A stretch of 64,000 bases of DNA from Actinomycetes bacterium. Its GTDB lineage: Bacteria > Actinomycetota > Actinomycetes > Actinomycetales > Dermatophilaceae. The DNA lies in the NCBI GenBank assembly GCA_023389095.1, contig JAEWFB010000486.1, positions 312 to 64,311 on the forward strand, written 5' to 3'. Each line of letters begins with the position of its first letter. Within the stretch, counting starts at the first letter, position 1. The position numbers and the translations under genes are program-made. Under the pieces are notes generated by a model that made no database searches, was not told the DNA's origin, and was given only the letters and a program-made list of their open reading frames with translations. Below, in pieces: positions 47,686-58,410 of this stretch.

Positions 47686-48720
47686 GTGCCGAAGATGAAG
47701 GACGTCGCGGCCCTGGCAGGGGTGTCGCCGGCCACGGTCTCGCGCGTGCTGAACGGGGTGGCTTCCGTCGACGAGGCACTGGCCGAGCGGGTCCGCGACG
47801 CGGCTCGCCAGCTCGACTACCGCGCGAACGGCGTCGCCAGGAGCCTGCGGCTGCAGCGGACGGACGTCTGGGCCCTCATCATCTCCGACATCGAGAACCC
47901 GTTCTTCACCTCGGTCGCCCGCGGGGTCGAGGACATCGCCCAGCGGGCCGGCTTCTCGGTGATCCTGTGCAACACCGACGGCAACCCCGAGAAGGAGGCG
48001 CGCTACCTCGACGTCGCCGAGCGCGAGCAGGTGTCGGGGGTCGTCATGTCACCGAACCGCTCGGGCATCGACATCTCGCGCCTCATGGCCGCCTCGATTC
48101 CCGTGGTCGCGGTCGACCGCCACCTCGACCAACCGGTCGACACCGTCGTGGTCGACTCCGAGCACGGGGCAGAGGAGGCCACCCGGCACCTGTTCGAGCA
48201 GGGGTGGCAGCGGCCGGCCTGCGTCACCGGTCCGGCCGCGACCGAGACGGCGGAGCGGCGGCTCGAGGGCTACCGCCGGGCCTGGCGGGCGCATCGCGGC
48301 CGGCCGCTCGTCTCGCTCGTCAAGCACACGGACTACAACGCCGAGACCGCTCGGACGGCCGTGGCCTCCCTCCTGCGGCTGGCCACGCCGCCCGACTCCT
48401 TCTTCGTCGCGAACTCGCTCATGGCCCTCGGGGCGCTGGAGGAGTTCCGTGAGCGCGGGATCGTGCCCGGCCGCGACGTCGGGCTCATCGCTTTCGACGA
48501 CGCGCCGTGGGCGCGGTTCGTCGACCCACCGATGTCGGTCGTCGCCCAGCCGGCCTACGACATCGGGTGCCGCGCGGGGGAGCTGCTGCTCGAGCGGGTG
48601 CGCGCGCACGGCCATGGCCGACCGGCCGAGACCGTCGTCCTGGAGACCTCGCTCGTCATCCGGGCCAGCTCGCAGCGGGCGGGAGCGGGCCAGGGCGCTC
48701 GACGGCGGCGTCGGGCCTGA
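47686..48720 (+). CDS. LacI family regulator of the D-arabinan locus
   Basis: MKDVAALAGVSPATVSRVLN, YRAN.VARSL, DIENPFF, AFDD and PPMSVV.QP motifs. GGAGG RBS. Confidence 0.92.
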   Translation: MPKMKDVAALAGVSPATVSRVLNGVASVDEALAERVRDAARQLDYRANGVARSLRLQRTDVWALIISDIENPFFTSVARGVEDIAQRAGFSVILCNTDGNPEKEARYLDVAEREQVSGVVMSPNRSGIDISRLMAASIPVVAVDRHLDQPVDTVVVDSEHGAEEATRHLFEQGWQRPACVTGPAATETAERRLEGYRRAWRAHRGRPLVSLVKHTDYNAETARTAVASLLRLATPPDSFFVANSLMALGALEEFRERGIVPGRDVGLIAFDDAPWARFVDPPMSVVAQPAYDIGCRAGELLLERVRAHGHGRPAETVVLETSLVIRASSQRAGAGQGARRRRRA

Positions 48721-48737
48721 CCCGTTCGGACGGGTGG

Positions 48738-48790
48738 TTGACCAGCGTCGTCGAGTGACCTAGGTTCTCGCGTGAGAAATCGATTGCTCG
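48738..48790 (+). promoter_or_regulatory. Promoter TTGACC-N17-TAGGTT followed by operator TGAGAAATCGATTGCTCG (48773-48790)
   Basis: Canonical -35/-10 spacing. Palindromic operator at the predicted +1. Confidence 0.72.
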
Positions 48791-48846
48791 CGACAGCTGC
48801 TCGTTTCAGCGCCACGCGGGTCGACATACCCCAGGAGCCCTTGGCA

Positions 48847-49965
48847 ATGACGCCGCACACCCTGTCGTCCATCGCGACCCTCCGTTCCGTGGAGACGCGG
48901 TCCATCTCGCCGGAGAACTTCGACGGCGCCAAGGGCGGCGGTGGCCGGGCCACCGAAGGGACCGGCGCCGCCTGTGCTCGTGACCTCGGCACCGGGTGGA
49001 AGATCTCCCCGAGCGTCGACGTCGAGGCGAACAGCAGGTTCGACCTCGCGCGCATAGAGGGGGCCGGACGCATCACGCACATCTGGCTCACGACGCACCG
49101 CAGCAACTGGCGCAGCCTCGTCCTGCGCGCCTACTGGGACGGCGCCGACGAGCCGGCGATCGAGGTGCCGGTCGGCGACTTCTTCTGCAACGGGTGGGGC
49201 CACTTCGCCCAGGTCAGCTCGGCCATGGTCGCGAGCAACCCCAACGGCGGCTTCAACTGCTACTGGCCCATGCCGTTCCGCGAGGGTGCACGCCTCACGA
49301 TCGAGAACCTCGCCGACCACACGGCCACGGTCTACTACCAGGTGACCTACGAGATCGGCCCCGACGTCGAGGCGCAGGTGGCCGACGCCGGCTACCTGCA
49401 CGCCCAGTACCGCAGGAGCAACCCGCTGCCCGACCGTGAGACGCACCCGATCGTCGTGGGGATCGAGGGTCGTGGGCACTACGTCGGCACCTACATGGCC
49501 TGGGGCGTCAACAGCCCGGGCTGGTGGGGCGAGGGCGAGATCAAGTTCTACGTCGACGGCGACCGCGACCAGCAGGACGGCGCCTGGCCGACGATCTGCG
49601 GCACCGGCACCGAGGACTACTTCGGCGGGGCGTGGAACTTCGACGTGCCGGGGCAGGGCTACACCGCCTACTCGACGCCGTGGCTCGGCATGCCGCAGGT
49701 GCTGCGGCCCGACGGCCTCTACCACTCGCAGCAGCGGTTCGGCCTCTACCGCTGGCACGTGCCCGACCCGATCCACTTCAGCCAGGACCTCACCGTCGAC
49801 ATCCAGGCGCTCGGCTGGCGCTCCGGACACCGGTACAACCCGCTCCACGACGACATCGCGTCGACGGCCTTCTTCTACCTCGACCGCCCCGTGACCAACC
49901 GGCCCGAGACCGCGTCCTTCGACGACCTCGAGATCGCCGGCGAGCCGATGGACCCGCTGACCTGA
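48847..49965 (+). CDS. GH172 (DUF2961) exo-alpha-D-arabinofuranosidase candidate
   Basis: RSISPEN..G.KG.GG, ITHIW.T, P.GDFF, NCYWPMPF, WWGEGE and GTGTEDYF (catalytic Glu motifs), YRWH..DPI.F. No signal peptide. Confidence 0.9.
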   Translation: MTPHTLSSIATLRSVETRSISPENFDGAKGGGGRATEGTGAACARDLGTGWKISPSVDVEANSRFDLARIEGAGRITHIWLTTHRSNWRSLVLRAYWDGADEPAIEVPVGDFFCNGWGHFAQVSSAMVASNPNGGFNCYWPMPFREGARLTIENLADHTATVYYQVTYEIGPDVEAQVADAGYLHAQYRRSNPLPDRETHPIVVGIEGRGHYVGTYMAWGVNSPGWWGEGEIKFYVDGDRDQQDGAWPTICGTGTEDYFGGAWNFDVPGQGYTAYSTPWLGMPQVLRPDGLYHSQQRFGLYRWHVPDPIHFSQDLTVDIQALGWRSGHRYNPLHDDIASTAFFYLDRPVTNRPETASFDDLEIAGEPMDPLT

Positions 49966-49966
49966 C

Positions 49967-52459
49967 GTGACGGATCTCGAGCACGGCGCCCGCCCCGTCC
50001 ACCCGTGGGGCTGGCCGACCATCACCACGTACGACGCCGACCACCTGCGTCGGGTCGCCCTCCCGGTCGGCGGTGTCGGGACCGGGACCGTCAGCCTGGG
50101 CGGGCGCGGCAACCTGCAGGACTGGGAGCTGTTCAACCGACCGGCCAAGGGTCACTCGCCCGACTCGTTCCTCGCGGTCCGGGCGGCGGGTGCCGACGTC
50201 CGTGACGGCGTGCAGGTGCGGGTGCTCGAAGGCGTCCTGCCCGACACCGACTACGACGGGCCGCTCGGCAGCCCGACGCCCCTGCACGGCCTCCCACGGT
50301 TCCGGCACGCGTCCTTCGCCGCGGCCTACCCCTTCGGCACGGTGCGGCTCGGCGACCCCGACCTGCCCCTCGAGGTCACGCTGGGCGCCTTCAACCCACT
50401 CGTGCCGGGCGACGCCGGTGCGAGCGGCCTTCCCGTCGCCGTCCTGCGAGTCCGCCTGCGCAACAACGGGTCCCATCCGCTCGACGTGTCGCTGGCCGCC
50501 AGCGTGCAGAACGTCCTCGGGCGTGCTCCGGGAGCCGACGTCCCAGACGGCAACACCGTCTCGCTCGTGCGGCGCCCCCGCGTCACGACGCTGCTCGGCC
50601 GCACCGCCGTCGCCGCGGACTCGGAGTCGTGGGGCACCCTCGCCCTGGCTCTCCTCGACGCCGAGCCGACCAGCGTGCGCACCACCTGGGCCAAGCGCTC
50701 GTGGGGTGACTCGCTGCTCGAGTTCTGGCAGGACCTCGCCGCGGACGGTCTGCTCGACGAGCCGGACCTGGCGGCTCGGGTCCCGACCGCGTCCCTGACG
50801 ACCGGGGCGACGCTCGCGCCGGGGGAGCATCTCGACACGACGCTGCTGCTCGCGTGGCACGTCCCGAACCGGCGGGGCTGGCGCCACGACGTCGCGCCGC
50901 CGCCCGACCACAGCCACTCCGACGACATCGTCGGCAACCACTACGCGTCGCGGTTCGCCGACGCGTCCGCCGTCGTCGACCACGTCGTGGAGCACCTCGG
51001 CGACCTCGAGGAGCGCAGCCTCGCCCTCCCGCGCGCGGTCGAGGCCTCCGACCTCCCCGTCGCCGTGCAGGACGCCGCCCTGTCCAACCTCGCCGTCCTC
51101 CGCTCGTCGACGTGCTTCCGCATCGAGGACGGCACCTTCCTCGGCTGGGAGGGCAGCATGCTCGACCACGGCAGCTGCCACGGCTCGTGCACGCACGTGT
51201 GGAACTACCAGTACGCGCTCGAGCAGCTGCACCCCGACCTCGCCTGGACGATGCGCGAGGTCGAGCTCGTGCACAGCCTCGACGGCCGGGGCCTGATGAG
51301 CTTCCGCGCCGGGCTGCCGCTCGCCACGGCCGGAACCGGGTGGCGGGTCGCGGCGGCCGACGGCCAGATGGGTGCCCTCGTCAGGCTGCACCGCACGTGG
51401 CGGCTGTCCGGCGACACCGACCGGCTGCGCACGCTCTGGCCCGCGGCCCGGCGCGCCCTGGAGTTCGCGTGGGTCGAGCGGGGATGGGACGCCGACCGTG
51501 ACGGGGTCATGGAGGGCTGCCAGCACAACACGATGGACGTCGAGTACTACGGTCCGAACGGGGTCGGCCAGTCGTGGTACCTCGCGGCGCTCGCGGCCTG
51601 CGCCGAGCTCGCGGCCGCGGTCGGCGACGACGAGTTCGCGGCCACGTGCGCCGACCTGCGCGACCGTGGCGCCCGGGCGACGGACGCGCTGCTGTTCAAC
51701 GGGGAGTACTACCAGCAGGAGATCCGTCCGCCCGGGAGCGTCGGGGCCATCGCCGAGGGGCTGCGCATCCGCTACCCGGGCGACAGCCCGTGGGTCGGGT
51801 CCGACGACCTCGTAGACCCGGTGCTGCAGATCGGGTCCGGCTGCGGCACAGACCAGCTCACGGGGCATGCCATGGCCGTGCTCTCCGGTCTCGACGACGG
51901 GCTGGAGCCCGACCACGCCTCGACGGCGATCCGCTCGGTGCACCGGTACAACCATCGCGCCGACCTGACCGCGCACGTGAACCACATGCGCAGCTACGCG
52001 CTCGGCGGCGAGGCCGGCCTGCTCAACTGCACCTACCCGCGCGGCGAGCGTCCGGCCCGGCCCTTCCCGTACAGCGAGGAGGTCTGGACGGGCTTCGAGC
52101 ACACGGCGGCGGTCGGACTTGCCGTCCAGGGTGACCACGAGCTGGCCGAGCGCGTCGTCGCCGACGTGCGCGACCGGCACGACGGCCGGCGTCGCAACCC
52201 GTTCAACGAGGTCGAGTGCGGCAACCACTACGTCCGGTCGATGGCCTCGTTCGGGCTGCTCCACGCCTGGCCGCGGGCGGTCGCGGACCGCGTCGGCGAC
52301 GCGCTGACCGTCGCGCCCGTCCCCGGTCGGTGGGTCGTCGTCGCCGGGGAGCGCGTCGGGCACGTCGTCGTGTCCGAGGGCGCCGACGGGCGGTGTCAGG
52401 CCGCGTACGAGGCCGTTCTCGGCGACCCGTGGGCGACCGTCCGCGTCGCTCCGCGCTGA
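49967..52459 (+). CDS. GH116 glycosidase (exo-beta-D-arabinofuranosidase candidate)
   Basis: P.GGVGTG, FNP..PGD...SGLP, GNHYA, GWEG, SCTHVWNY, AADGQMG, HNTMDVE, FNGEYY, EVWTG.E and ECGNHY.R.M motifs. Confidence 0.88.
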   Translation: MTDLEHGARPVHPWGWPTITTYDADHLRRVALPVGGVGTGTVSLGGRGNLQDWELFNRPAKGHSPDSFLAVRAAGADVRDGVQVRVLEGVLPDTDYDGPLGSPTPLHGLPRFRHASFAAAYPFGTVRLGDPDLPLEVTLGAFNPLVPGDAGASGLPVAVLRVRLRNNGSHPLDVSLAASVQNVLGRAPGADVPDGNTVSLVRRPRVTTLLGRTAVAADSESWGTLALALLDAEPTSVRTTWAKRSWGDSLLEFWQDLAADGLLDEPDLAARVPTASLTTGATLAPGEHLDTTLLLAWHVPNRRGWRHDVAPPPDHSHSDDIVGNHYASRFADASAVVDHVVEHLGDLEERSLALPRAVEASDLPVAVQDAALSNLAVLRSSTCFRIEDGTFLGWEGSMLDHGSCHGSCTHVWNYQYALEQLHPDLAWTMREVELVHSLDGRGLMSFRAGLPLATAGTGWRVAAADGQMGALVRLHRTWRLSGDTDRLRTLWPAARRALEFAWVERGWDADRDGVMEGCQHNTMDVEYYGPNGVGQSWYLAALAACAELAAAVGDDEFAATCADLRDRGARATDALLFNGEYYQQEIRPPGSVGAIAEGLRIRYPGDSPWVGSDDLVDPVLQIGSGCGTDQLTGHAMAVLSGLDDGLEPDHASTAIRSVHRYNHRADLTAHVNHMRSYALGGEAGLLNCTYPRGERPARPFPYSEEVWTGFEHTAAVGLAVQGDHELAERVVADVRDRHDGRRRNPFNEVECGNHYVRSMASFGLLHAWPRAVADRVGDALTVAPVPGRWVVVAGERVGHVVVSEGADGRCQAAYEAVLGDPWATVRVAPR

Positions 52460-52482
52460 TCCGAGCGCCGGGACCATCACGG

Positions 52483-52541
52483 TGAGAAATCGATTCCTCA
52501 AAACCGTTGTGGGAGAAATCGATTTCTGCCAGACTCCCCGC
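52483..52541 (+). promoter_or_regulatory. Tandem LacI operators (TGAGAAATCGATTCCTCA 52483-52500; GGAGAAATCGATTTCTGC 52512-52529) over a leaderless promoter TTGTGG-N17-CAGACT
   Basis: Near-perfect AT-rich palindromes. The -10 ends 6 nt before ATG 52542 and there is no SD sequence. Confidence 0.78.
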
Positions 52542-54059
52542 ATGCGCAGCGTTGCGACCGTCGGAGTCGACATCGGGACCTCCTCGAGCAAGGGGGTCCT
52601 CGTCGACGCGGCCGGCGACCTCCTGTGCACCGCGACCCGTTCGCACACCGTCGACCGGCCCCGCCCGGGCTGGGTGGAGATGGACGCCGACGTCTGGTGG
52701 GACGAGTTCGTCGCCATCGCCCGCGAGCTGACCGACTCGGCCGCCCGCGCCGGCGTCGACGTCGTCGCCGTGGGCGTCAGCGGCATGGGGCCGTGCGTGC
52801 TCCTCGCCGACGAGGACGACCGCCCCGTCCGCCCCGCGATCCTCTACGGCGTCGACACGCGAGCCGGTGCCCAGCTCGACCAGCTCGCCGCGACGCTCGG
52901 CGACGCGGAGGTGCTCCGTCGCGGAGGCTCCGCGCTCACGAGCCAGGCCGCCGGGGCCAAGGTCCGCTGGGTCGCCGACAGCGAGCCGGAGGCCTACGCC
53001 CGCGCCCGTCGGCTCTACATGCCGAGCTCGTGGCTCGTCCGGCACCTGACCGGCGAGTACGTCCTCGACCACCACTCCGCCAGCCAGTGCACGCCGATGT
53101 ACGACGTCGACGCCTGTGACTGGTACTCGCCCTGGGCGTCGCGCTGCGCGCCCGGGATCGGCCTGCCTCCCCTGCGGTGGGCCGACGAGGTCGCCGGCGT
53201 CGTCACCGGCGCGGCCGCCGCCCGGACCGGCCTTCCCGCCGGTGTCCCCGTCGTCACGGGGACCATCGACGCCTGGGCCGAGGCGGTCAGCGTGCACGCG
53301 CACGGCGTCGGCGACCTCATGCTCATGTACGGCTCGACGATGTTCCTCGTCAACACGGTCGACCGGCCCGTCACCGAGGCCTCGCTCTGGGGGCCGGTCG
53401 GCGCCCTCGCCGGCACCCGGTCCCTCGCCGGGGGCATGGCGACCACCGGTGCGCTCGCGGGCTGGGTGGCCGACCTCGTCGGCGGCCGGCACGCCGACCT
53501 CGTGGCGGAGGCCGCCGCACGCCCGGCGGGCTCGGACGGCCTGCTCGTCCTGCCCTACTTCGCGGGGGAGCGCACGCCGATCATGGACCCCGACGCCCGA
53601 GGCGTCGTGGCGGGCCTCACCCTCAGTCACGGCAGGGCCGACCTCTACCGCGCGGTCCTGGAGGCCACGGCCTACGGGGTGCGCCACAACATCGAGACCA
53701 TGCTCGACGCCGGCGCGACCATCCGCCGCGTCGTGGCCGTCGGCGGGGGCACCCAGGGCGACCTGTGGCCCCAGATCGTCTCCGACGTCACGGGACGGGA
53801 GCAGGTGGTCCCGACGCACACCGTCGGTGCCTCCTACGGCGGCGCGATGCTCGCCGCCCGCGCCCTGGGCGCCGACACGCGTGGGTGGAACCCACCGGCG
53901 GGAACCACCCGGCCCGACCCGCGTCGGCAGGCCCGCTACGACGAGCTGTTCGCCCTGTACCGCCGCCTGTACGCCGGGACCGCCGACGTCACCCACGCCC
54001 TGACCGCCATCCAGCACGCAGACGCCCGCGACCGGGCGCTCCACGCCGTGCGCTCCTGA
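52542..54059 (+). CDS. FGGY carbohydrate kinase (D-ribulokinase candidate)
   Basis: [39 protein letters not shown] and GGG motifs. Confidence 0.88.
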   Translation: MRSVATVGVDIGTSSSKGVLVDAAGDLLCTATRSHTVDRPRPGWVEMDADVWWDEFVAIARELTDSAARAGVDVVAVGVSGMGPCVLLADEDDRPVRPAILYGVDTRAGAQLDQLAATLGDAEVLRRGGSALTSQAAGAKVRWVADSEPEAYARARRLYMPSSWLVRHLTGEYVLDHHSASQCTPMYDVDACDWYSPWASRCAPGIGLPPLRWADEVAGVVTGAAAARTGLPAGVPVVTGTIDAWAEAVSVHAHGVGDLMLMYGSTMFLVNTVDRPVTEASLWGPVGALAGTRSLAGGMATTGALAGWVADLVGGRHADLVAEAAARPAGSDGLLVLPYFAGERTPIMDPDARGVVAGLTLSHGRADLYRAVLEATAYGVRHNIETMLDAGATIRRVVAVGGGTQGDLWPQIVSDVTGREQVVPTHTVGASYGGAMLAARALGADTRGWNPPAGTTRPDPRRQARYDELFALYRRLYAGTADVTHALTAIQHADARDRALHAVRS

Positions 54060-54087
54060 CCACCCGACCCACCGGAAGGACCTCCCC

Positions 54088-55731
54088 ATGTCGCAACCGA
54101 CCACCTACGCCCTCCCCGAGGTGCCCGACGCGCCCGCCCGCGAGGCCGGCGTCGTCTGGACCGTCGCGAGCGGCGACCTGCGCCTGTCCGCGAACACGAC
54201 GTGCTGGCCCACCCAGCAGCGGCTCGAGGCCGACTTCGCCGCCGCCGTCGAGGCCCAGGGCTGGAGGGTCCGCCGTGCCCACGAGGTCGACCCCGAGACC
54301 GGGCACGGCTTCATCGACAGCCAGCGCCGTGGCATCGAGGTCTTCAAGGGCATCCCCAAGGACGCCCCGCTCGTCGTCGTCGAGGCCGTCTGGCAGTACA
54401 GCCACCACGTGCTGGCCGGCCTGCGCTCGCACGAGGGCCCCATCCTCGTCGTGGCCAACTGGTCGGGGCAGTTCCCCGGCCTCGTCGGGCTGCTCAACCT
54501 CGCCGGGTCGATGACGAAGGCCGGGATCGACTACTCGATCCTGTGGAGCGAGGACTTCACCGACGAGTGGGCCCGCAACGGCCTCAAGGCCTGGCTCACC
54601 GACGGTTCGGTCGTCCACGACGCCAGCCACGTGCGCGACCTGCCGCCCCTGCCGGCCTCCGCCGAGAGCGAGCTCGGGCGCGCCCTCGCCGAGCAGCTCA
54701 CCCGCGAGAAGGCCGTCCTCGGCGTCTTCGACGAGGGCTGCATGGGGATGTACAACGCGATCTTCGACGACGAGCTGCTCAACCCGCTCGGGATCTACAA
54801 GGAGCGCCTCTCGCAGAGCGCCCTCGTCGCCGAGATGAACCGGGTCACCGACGACGAGGCCGAGGGCGTCTACACCTGGCTCAAGCAGGCCGGGCTGACC
54901 TTCCACCTCGGCACCGACGAGGCCACCGAGCTCACCGAGGCGCAGCTGCGCAGCCAGTTCCGGATGTACGTCGCCGCACTGCGCATCGCCGACGACTTCG
55001 GTCTCGACGCCATCGGCATCCAGTACCAGCAGGGCCTCAAGGACACGGTGCCCGCCAGTGACCTCGTCGAGGGGCTGCTCAACAACCGCGAGCGCCCGCC
55101 GGTGACGAGCCGCGACGGCCGGCGTGAGCTGTACGCCGGCGAGCCGTTGCCGCACTTCAACGAGGTCGACTGGGGCGTCGCCGTCGACGCCCTCGTGACC
55201 AACCGCGTCTGGAACGCCATGGGCCTGGACCCCGCGACCACGCTGCACGACGTCCGCTGGGGCGAGACGTACGGCGAGGACTTCGTCTGGGTCTTCGAGA
55301 TCTCGGGCTCCGTCCCCGCCTCGCACAACGGCGGCTACGACAAGTCCTACTCGATGCGCCAGCCGCCGATGTTCTTCCCCCTCGGGGGCGGCACGCTCTC
55401 CGGCGTCTCGAAGCCGGGGGAGATCGTCTGGTCGCGCGTCTTCATCATGGACGGGGTGCTCCACGTCGACCTCGGCCGCGCCTCCGCGATCGAGCTCCCG
55501 GCGGAGGAGACGCAGCGCCGGCTCGAGGCCACCGACCGCCAGTGGCCGATCATGCATGCGGTGCTGCACGGCGTCGACCGCGACCAGTTCATGGGCCGGC
55601 ACAAGGCCAACCACCTCAACGTCGTCTACGCCCCCGACGCCGCGACCGCCGACAGGGCGCTGACCGCCAAGGCCGCGATGTTCGAGGCGCTCGGCCTGCG
55701 CGTGCACCTCTGCGGTGACGTGGCGGTCTGA
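54088..55731 (+). CDS. L-fucose/D-arabinose isomerase family protein
   Basis: SGDLR.SAN..CW, WQYSHH, NWSG.FPGLVG, GCMGM, IQYQQG, HFNEVD, LHDVRWG and NH..V.Y motifs. Confidence 0.82.
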   Translation: MSQPTTYALPEVPDAPAREAGVVWTVASGDLRLSANTTCWPTQQRLEADFAAAVEAQGWRVRRAHEVDPETGHGFIDSQRRGIEVFKGIPKDAPLVVVEAVWQYSHHVLAGLRSHEGPILVVANWSGQFPGLVGLLNLAGSMTKAGIDYSILWSEDFTDEWARNGLKAWLTDGSVVHDASHVRDLPPLPASAESELGRALAEQLTREKAVLGVFDEGCMGMYNAIFDDELLNPLGIYKERLSQSALVAEMNRVTDDEAEGVYTWLKQAGLTFHLGTDEATELTEAQLRSQFRMYVAALRIADDFGLDAIGIQYQQGLKDTVPASDLVEGLLNNRERPPVTSRDGRRELYAGEPLPHFNEVDWGVAVDALVTNRVWNAMGLDPATTLHDVRWGETYGEDFVWVFEISGSVPASHNGGYDKSYSMRQPPMFFPLGGGTLSGVSKPGEIVWSRVFIMDGVLHVDLGRASAIELPAEETQRRLEATDRQWPIMHAVLHGVDRDQFMGRHKANHLNVVYAPDAATADRALTAKAAMFEALGLRVHLCGDVAV

Positions 55732-56860
55732 CGTGCGGGTCGTGCTCGGAGCCTCCGTCGCCATCGCCGCCCTGGCGATCGCGACCACCGCGGCGTGCGC
55801 GGCCACGCCTGCGGCGCAGGCCGATCCGCGCCTCGACGCCGACGCGTCGACGCCGTTCGTCCTGACCGGCGTCGACCACGTGACCAAGGTGGCCCAGCTG
55901 ACCGGGCACGACTCGATGAACCACACCGCCGACGTCGAGGTCGTCGGCCAGGACCTCGGGTCGATGTTCGACTTCGACGGCCGCACCTGGTTCGTGTTCG
56001 GCGACACCTTCGGCCAGCGCGACGCCGACCAGGTCGGCGGCGGGGGCACCGAGTGGCGGTCCAACGCGCTCGCGTGGACCACCGACACCGACCCGACCGA
56101 CGGGATCACCTTCGGTGGCTACGTTCGCGACGAGCAGGGCTGGGCCAAGGAGCTGATCCCGGGCAAGAAGCTCGACAACGACGAGATGACGATCATCCCG
56201 ACGTACGGCTTCGCCGCGAACGGGGCCATGTACCTCGCGTACATGTCCGTCCGGCACTGGGGTAACCCCGGAGAGTGGGACACGAACTATGCGGGACTCG
56301 CTCGGTCCACCGACAAGGGCCAGACCTGGACCCCGCTCGCGACGCCGCGGTGGGGCGGGACGTCGAACTTCGTCCAGGTCAGCGTCACCGACCTCAACGG
56401 CACCCTCTACTTCTGGGGCGTCACCCACGGACGCTTCGGCGGCGTCGCCCTCATGCGCGTCGCCGAGAAGGACGTCGAGAAGCAGGACGCCTACGAGTAC
56501 CTCACCGGCGTCGAGGGCGGACAGCCGCAGTGGGGGCACGACCCCGCTGCCGCGACGAAGGTCGTCGACGGGACTGTCGGGGAGCTGTCCGTCGTGTGGA
56601 GCGACTACCTGCACCGCTGGCTCATGACCTCCACCGACGGCGCCGAGGAGGCGGCCGTCATCCGGGAGGGCATCACGCCGTGGGGCCCGTGGGGAGACCC
56701 GATCCCGCTCGTGACCCAGGCCGACCTGCCGGGTCTCTACGCCCCGTACCTGCACCCGAAGTACGTAACGAACGGTGGGCGCACCGTCTACTTCACCATC
56801 TCGCAGTGGGGCCCCTACAACGTCCTCTGGTACCGCGCCGACCTGAGGCGCGCCTCCTGA
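55715..56860 (+). CDS. DUF4185 / GH183 endo-D-arabinanase candidate, exported (possible lipoprotein)
   Basis: Hydrophobic signal ending TAAC. GQDLG, FGDTF, WRSN, IPT, S.D.G.TW, GELSV, PWGPW, LYAPY and SQW.PYNV motifs. Start codon uncertain (55715 or 55733). Confidence 0.88.
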   Translation: MTWRSDVRVVLGASVAIAALAIATTAACAATPAAQADPRLDADASTPFVLTGVDHVTKVAQLTGHDSMNHTADVEVVGQDLGSMFDFDGRTWFVFGDTFGQRDADQVGGGGTEWRSNALAWTTDTDPTDGITFGGYVRDEQGWAKELIPGKKLDNDEMTIIPTYGFAANGAMYLAYMSVRHWGNPGEWDTNYAGLARSTDKGQTWTPLATPRWGGTSNFVQVSVTDLNGTLYFWGVTHGRFGGVALMRVAEKDVEKQDAYEYLTGVEGGQPQWGHDPAAATKVVDGTVGELSVVWSDYLHRWLMTSTDGAEEAAVIREGITPWGPWGDPIPLVTQADLPGLYAPYLHPKYVTNGGRTVYFTISQWGPYNVLWYRADLRRAS

Positions 56861-56862
56861 GG

Positions 56863-56923
56863 CGCACGACCCGCACGACACGAACACCCGCACGACACAC
56901 GACATCCGATCACAGCACGACCC
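56863..56923 (+). repeat. Five CACGAC hexamers in the C/A-rich leader of the SBP gene
   Basis: CACGAC at 56865, 56874, 56891, 56898 and 56916. Confidence 0.5.
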
Positions 56924-56945
56924 ATCGAAAAGAGGAGCAAGGACC

Positions 56946-58292
56946 ATGCGTCAACGGAGACTCACGATCCTCGTCGCCACCGCGGCGGTGTCCGCCTCGC
57001 TCGTCCTCGCAGGCTGCAGCAGCGGCTCCGGGGGGAGCGGCAGCGGCGACAACGGCGGAACGACCGAGGTCACCTTCTGGCAGCAGCAGTTCGAGCCGTA
57101 CCAGCAGAAGTGGTTCAAGTCCTACGTCGACAAGTTCAACGCCTCGCAGAAGGCCGTCAAGGTCAAGCTGCAGGTCGTTCCGGGCGACACGTGGGCCCAG
57201 AAGCTCAAGGCGGCCCAGGCCGCGGGCACCCAGCCCGACGTCGCGACGACCAACTACGGCGGCATCCCGGCCGGCGTCGCCAACGGCCAGTTCGCTCCGC
57301 TCGACGGCATGATCCCCGACAAGGCGTGGAGCGACATCAAGTCCAACGTCGCGAGCTTCGTGCAGGTCGACGGCAAGCACTACGCCTACCCGATGCTCGT
57401 CGAGCCCTCGACGGTCCTCTACTACCGCAAGGACCTCGTCAAGGCGGCCGGGCTCGACCCGAACACCCCGCCCAAGACGTGGGACGAGCTGCTCACGTGG
57501 GCCGAGAAGCTGACGAAGGGCAACGTCAAGGGCATGACGATCGCGTCGGTCGCGCCCGACCTCGGCTGGTCGAGCTGGGGACTGCAGTACAACGCCTGCG
57601 GGCACCTGCCCGTCAACGACGACTGGTCCGCCGCCAACGCGAAGGACCCGTGCTACACCAAGCTCTTCCAGCTCTACCAGACGCTCTTCCAGAAGGGCTG
57701 GATGCCACAGCAGCCGAAGGTCGGCTACCCCGACGCCACGCCGTACGGCCAGGGACAGGTCGCGATGATGGCCAACGGGTCCTGGGCCGTCGGCCAGCTC
57801 AAGCAGAGCTTCCCGAAGATGATCGCCAACACCGCCGTCGCGCCGTTCCCGTCCGTCGACGGCGACCCGAGCAAGACGACGGCGACCCTCGGCGGGTGGA
57901 CGCTCACGGTCGACGCCAAGTCGAAGAACAAGGAGGCGGCTGCGAAGTTCGTCGACTACCTCCTCGCGGGTGACCCGGCGATCATGGCGGACTTCTTCAA
58001 GCAGAGCGGGTTCTCCAAGTACACGGTCCGCACCTCGGTCGACCAGGCCCTGGCCAGTGACAAGGACGCCACGAGCGACCCGTTCATGAAGATCATCAGC
58101 GAGCAGGTCGTCGCCCACGGCAAGGCCGAGCCCGCCTACCCGTTCGACATCTCCCTCGCCTTCGCCACCGCGATCGAGTCGGTCATGAAGGGCAAGGCCG
58201 ACATCCCGACTGCCGTGCAGACCGCGAACGACGCCATCGACCGCGTCATCAAGCAGCAGCGTCTCGCCGGCACCGCCCCCAAGGCCGGATGA
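56946..58292 (+). CDS. Carbohydrate ABC substrate-binding lipoprotein (CUT1 family)
   Basis: Lipobox LAGC. PDV, LYYRKDL..AAG, PKTWDEL, MM.NGSW and LGGW motifs. Confidence 0.9.
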   Translation: MRQRRLTILVATAAVSASLVLAGCSSGSGGSGSGDNGGTTEVTFWQQQFEPYQQKWFKSYVDKFNASQKAVKVKLQVVPGDTWAQKLKAAQAAGTQPDVATTNYGGIPAGVANGQFAPLDGMIPDKAWSDIKSNVASFVQVDGKHYAYPMLVEPSTVLYYRKDLVKAAGLDPNTPPKTWDELLTWAEKLTKGNVKGMTIASVAPDLGWSSWGLQYNACGHLPVNDDWSAANAKDPCYTKLFQLYQTLFQKGWMPQQPKVGYPDATPYGQGQVAMMANGSWAVGQLKQSFPKMIANTAVAPFPSVDGDPSKTTATLGGWTLTVDAKSKNKEAAAKFVDYLLAGDPAIMADFFKQSGFSKYTVRTSVDQALASDKDATSDPFMKIISEQVVAHGKAEPAYPFDISLAFATAIESVMKGKADIPTAVQTANDAIDRVIKQQRLAGTAPKAG

Positions 58293-58310
58293 CGAACCGC
58301 TCCACCCAGG

Positions 58311-58359
58311 GGTACGGGAGGGGTCTCGGCCACACGCCGGCCGCAGCCCCTCCCGTACC
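58311..58359 (+). terminator. Stem-loop after the SBP gene
   Basis: GGTACGGGAGGGG...CCCCTCCCGTACC with inner CGGCC/GGCCG stem. Confidence 0.7.
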
Positions 58360-58410
58360 GGCACGACCGCACCGATGCGCGGGCACCGACGCACGACCCC
58401 GGAGGACACC

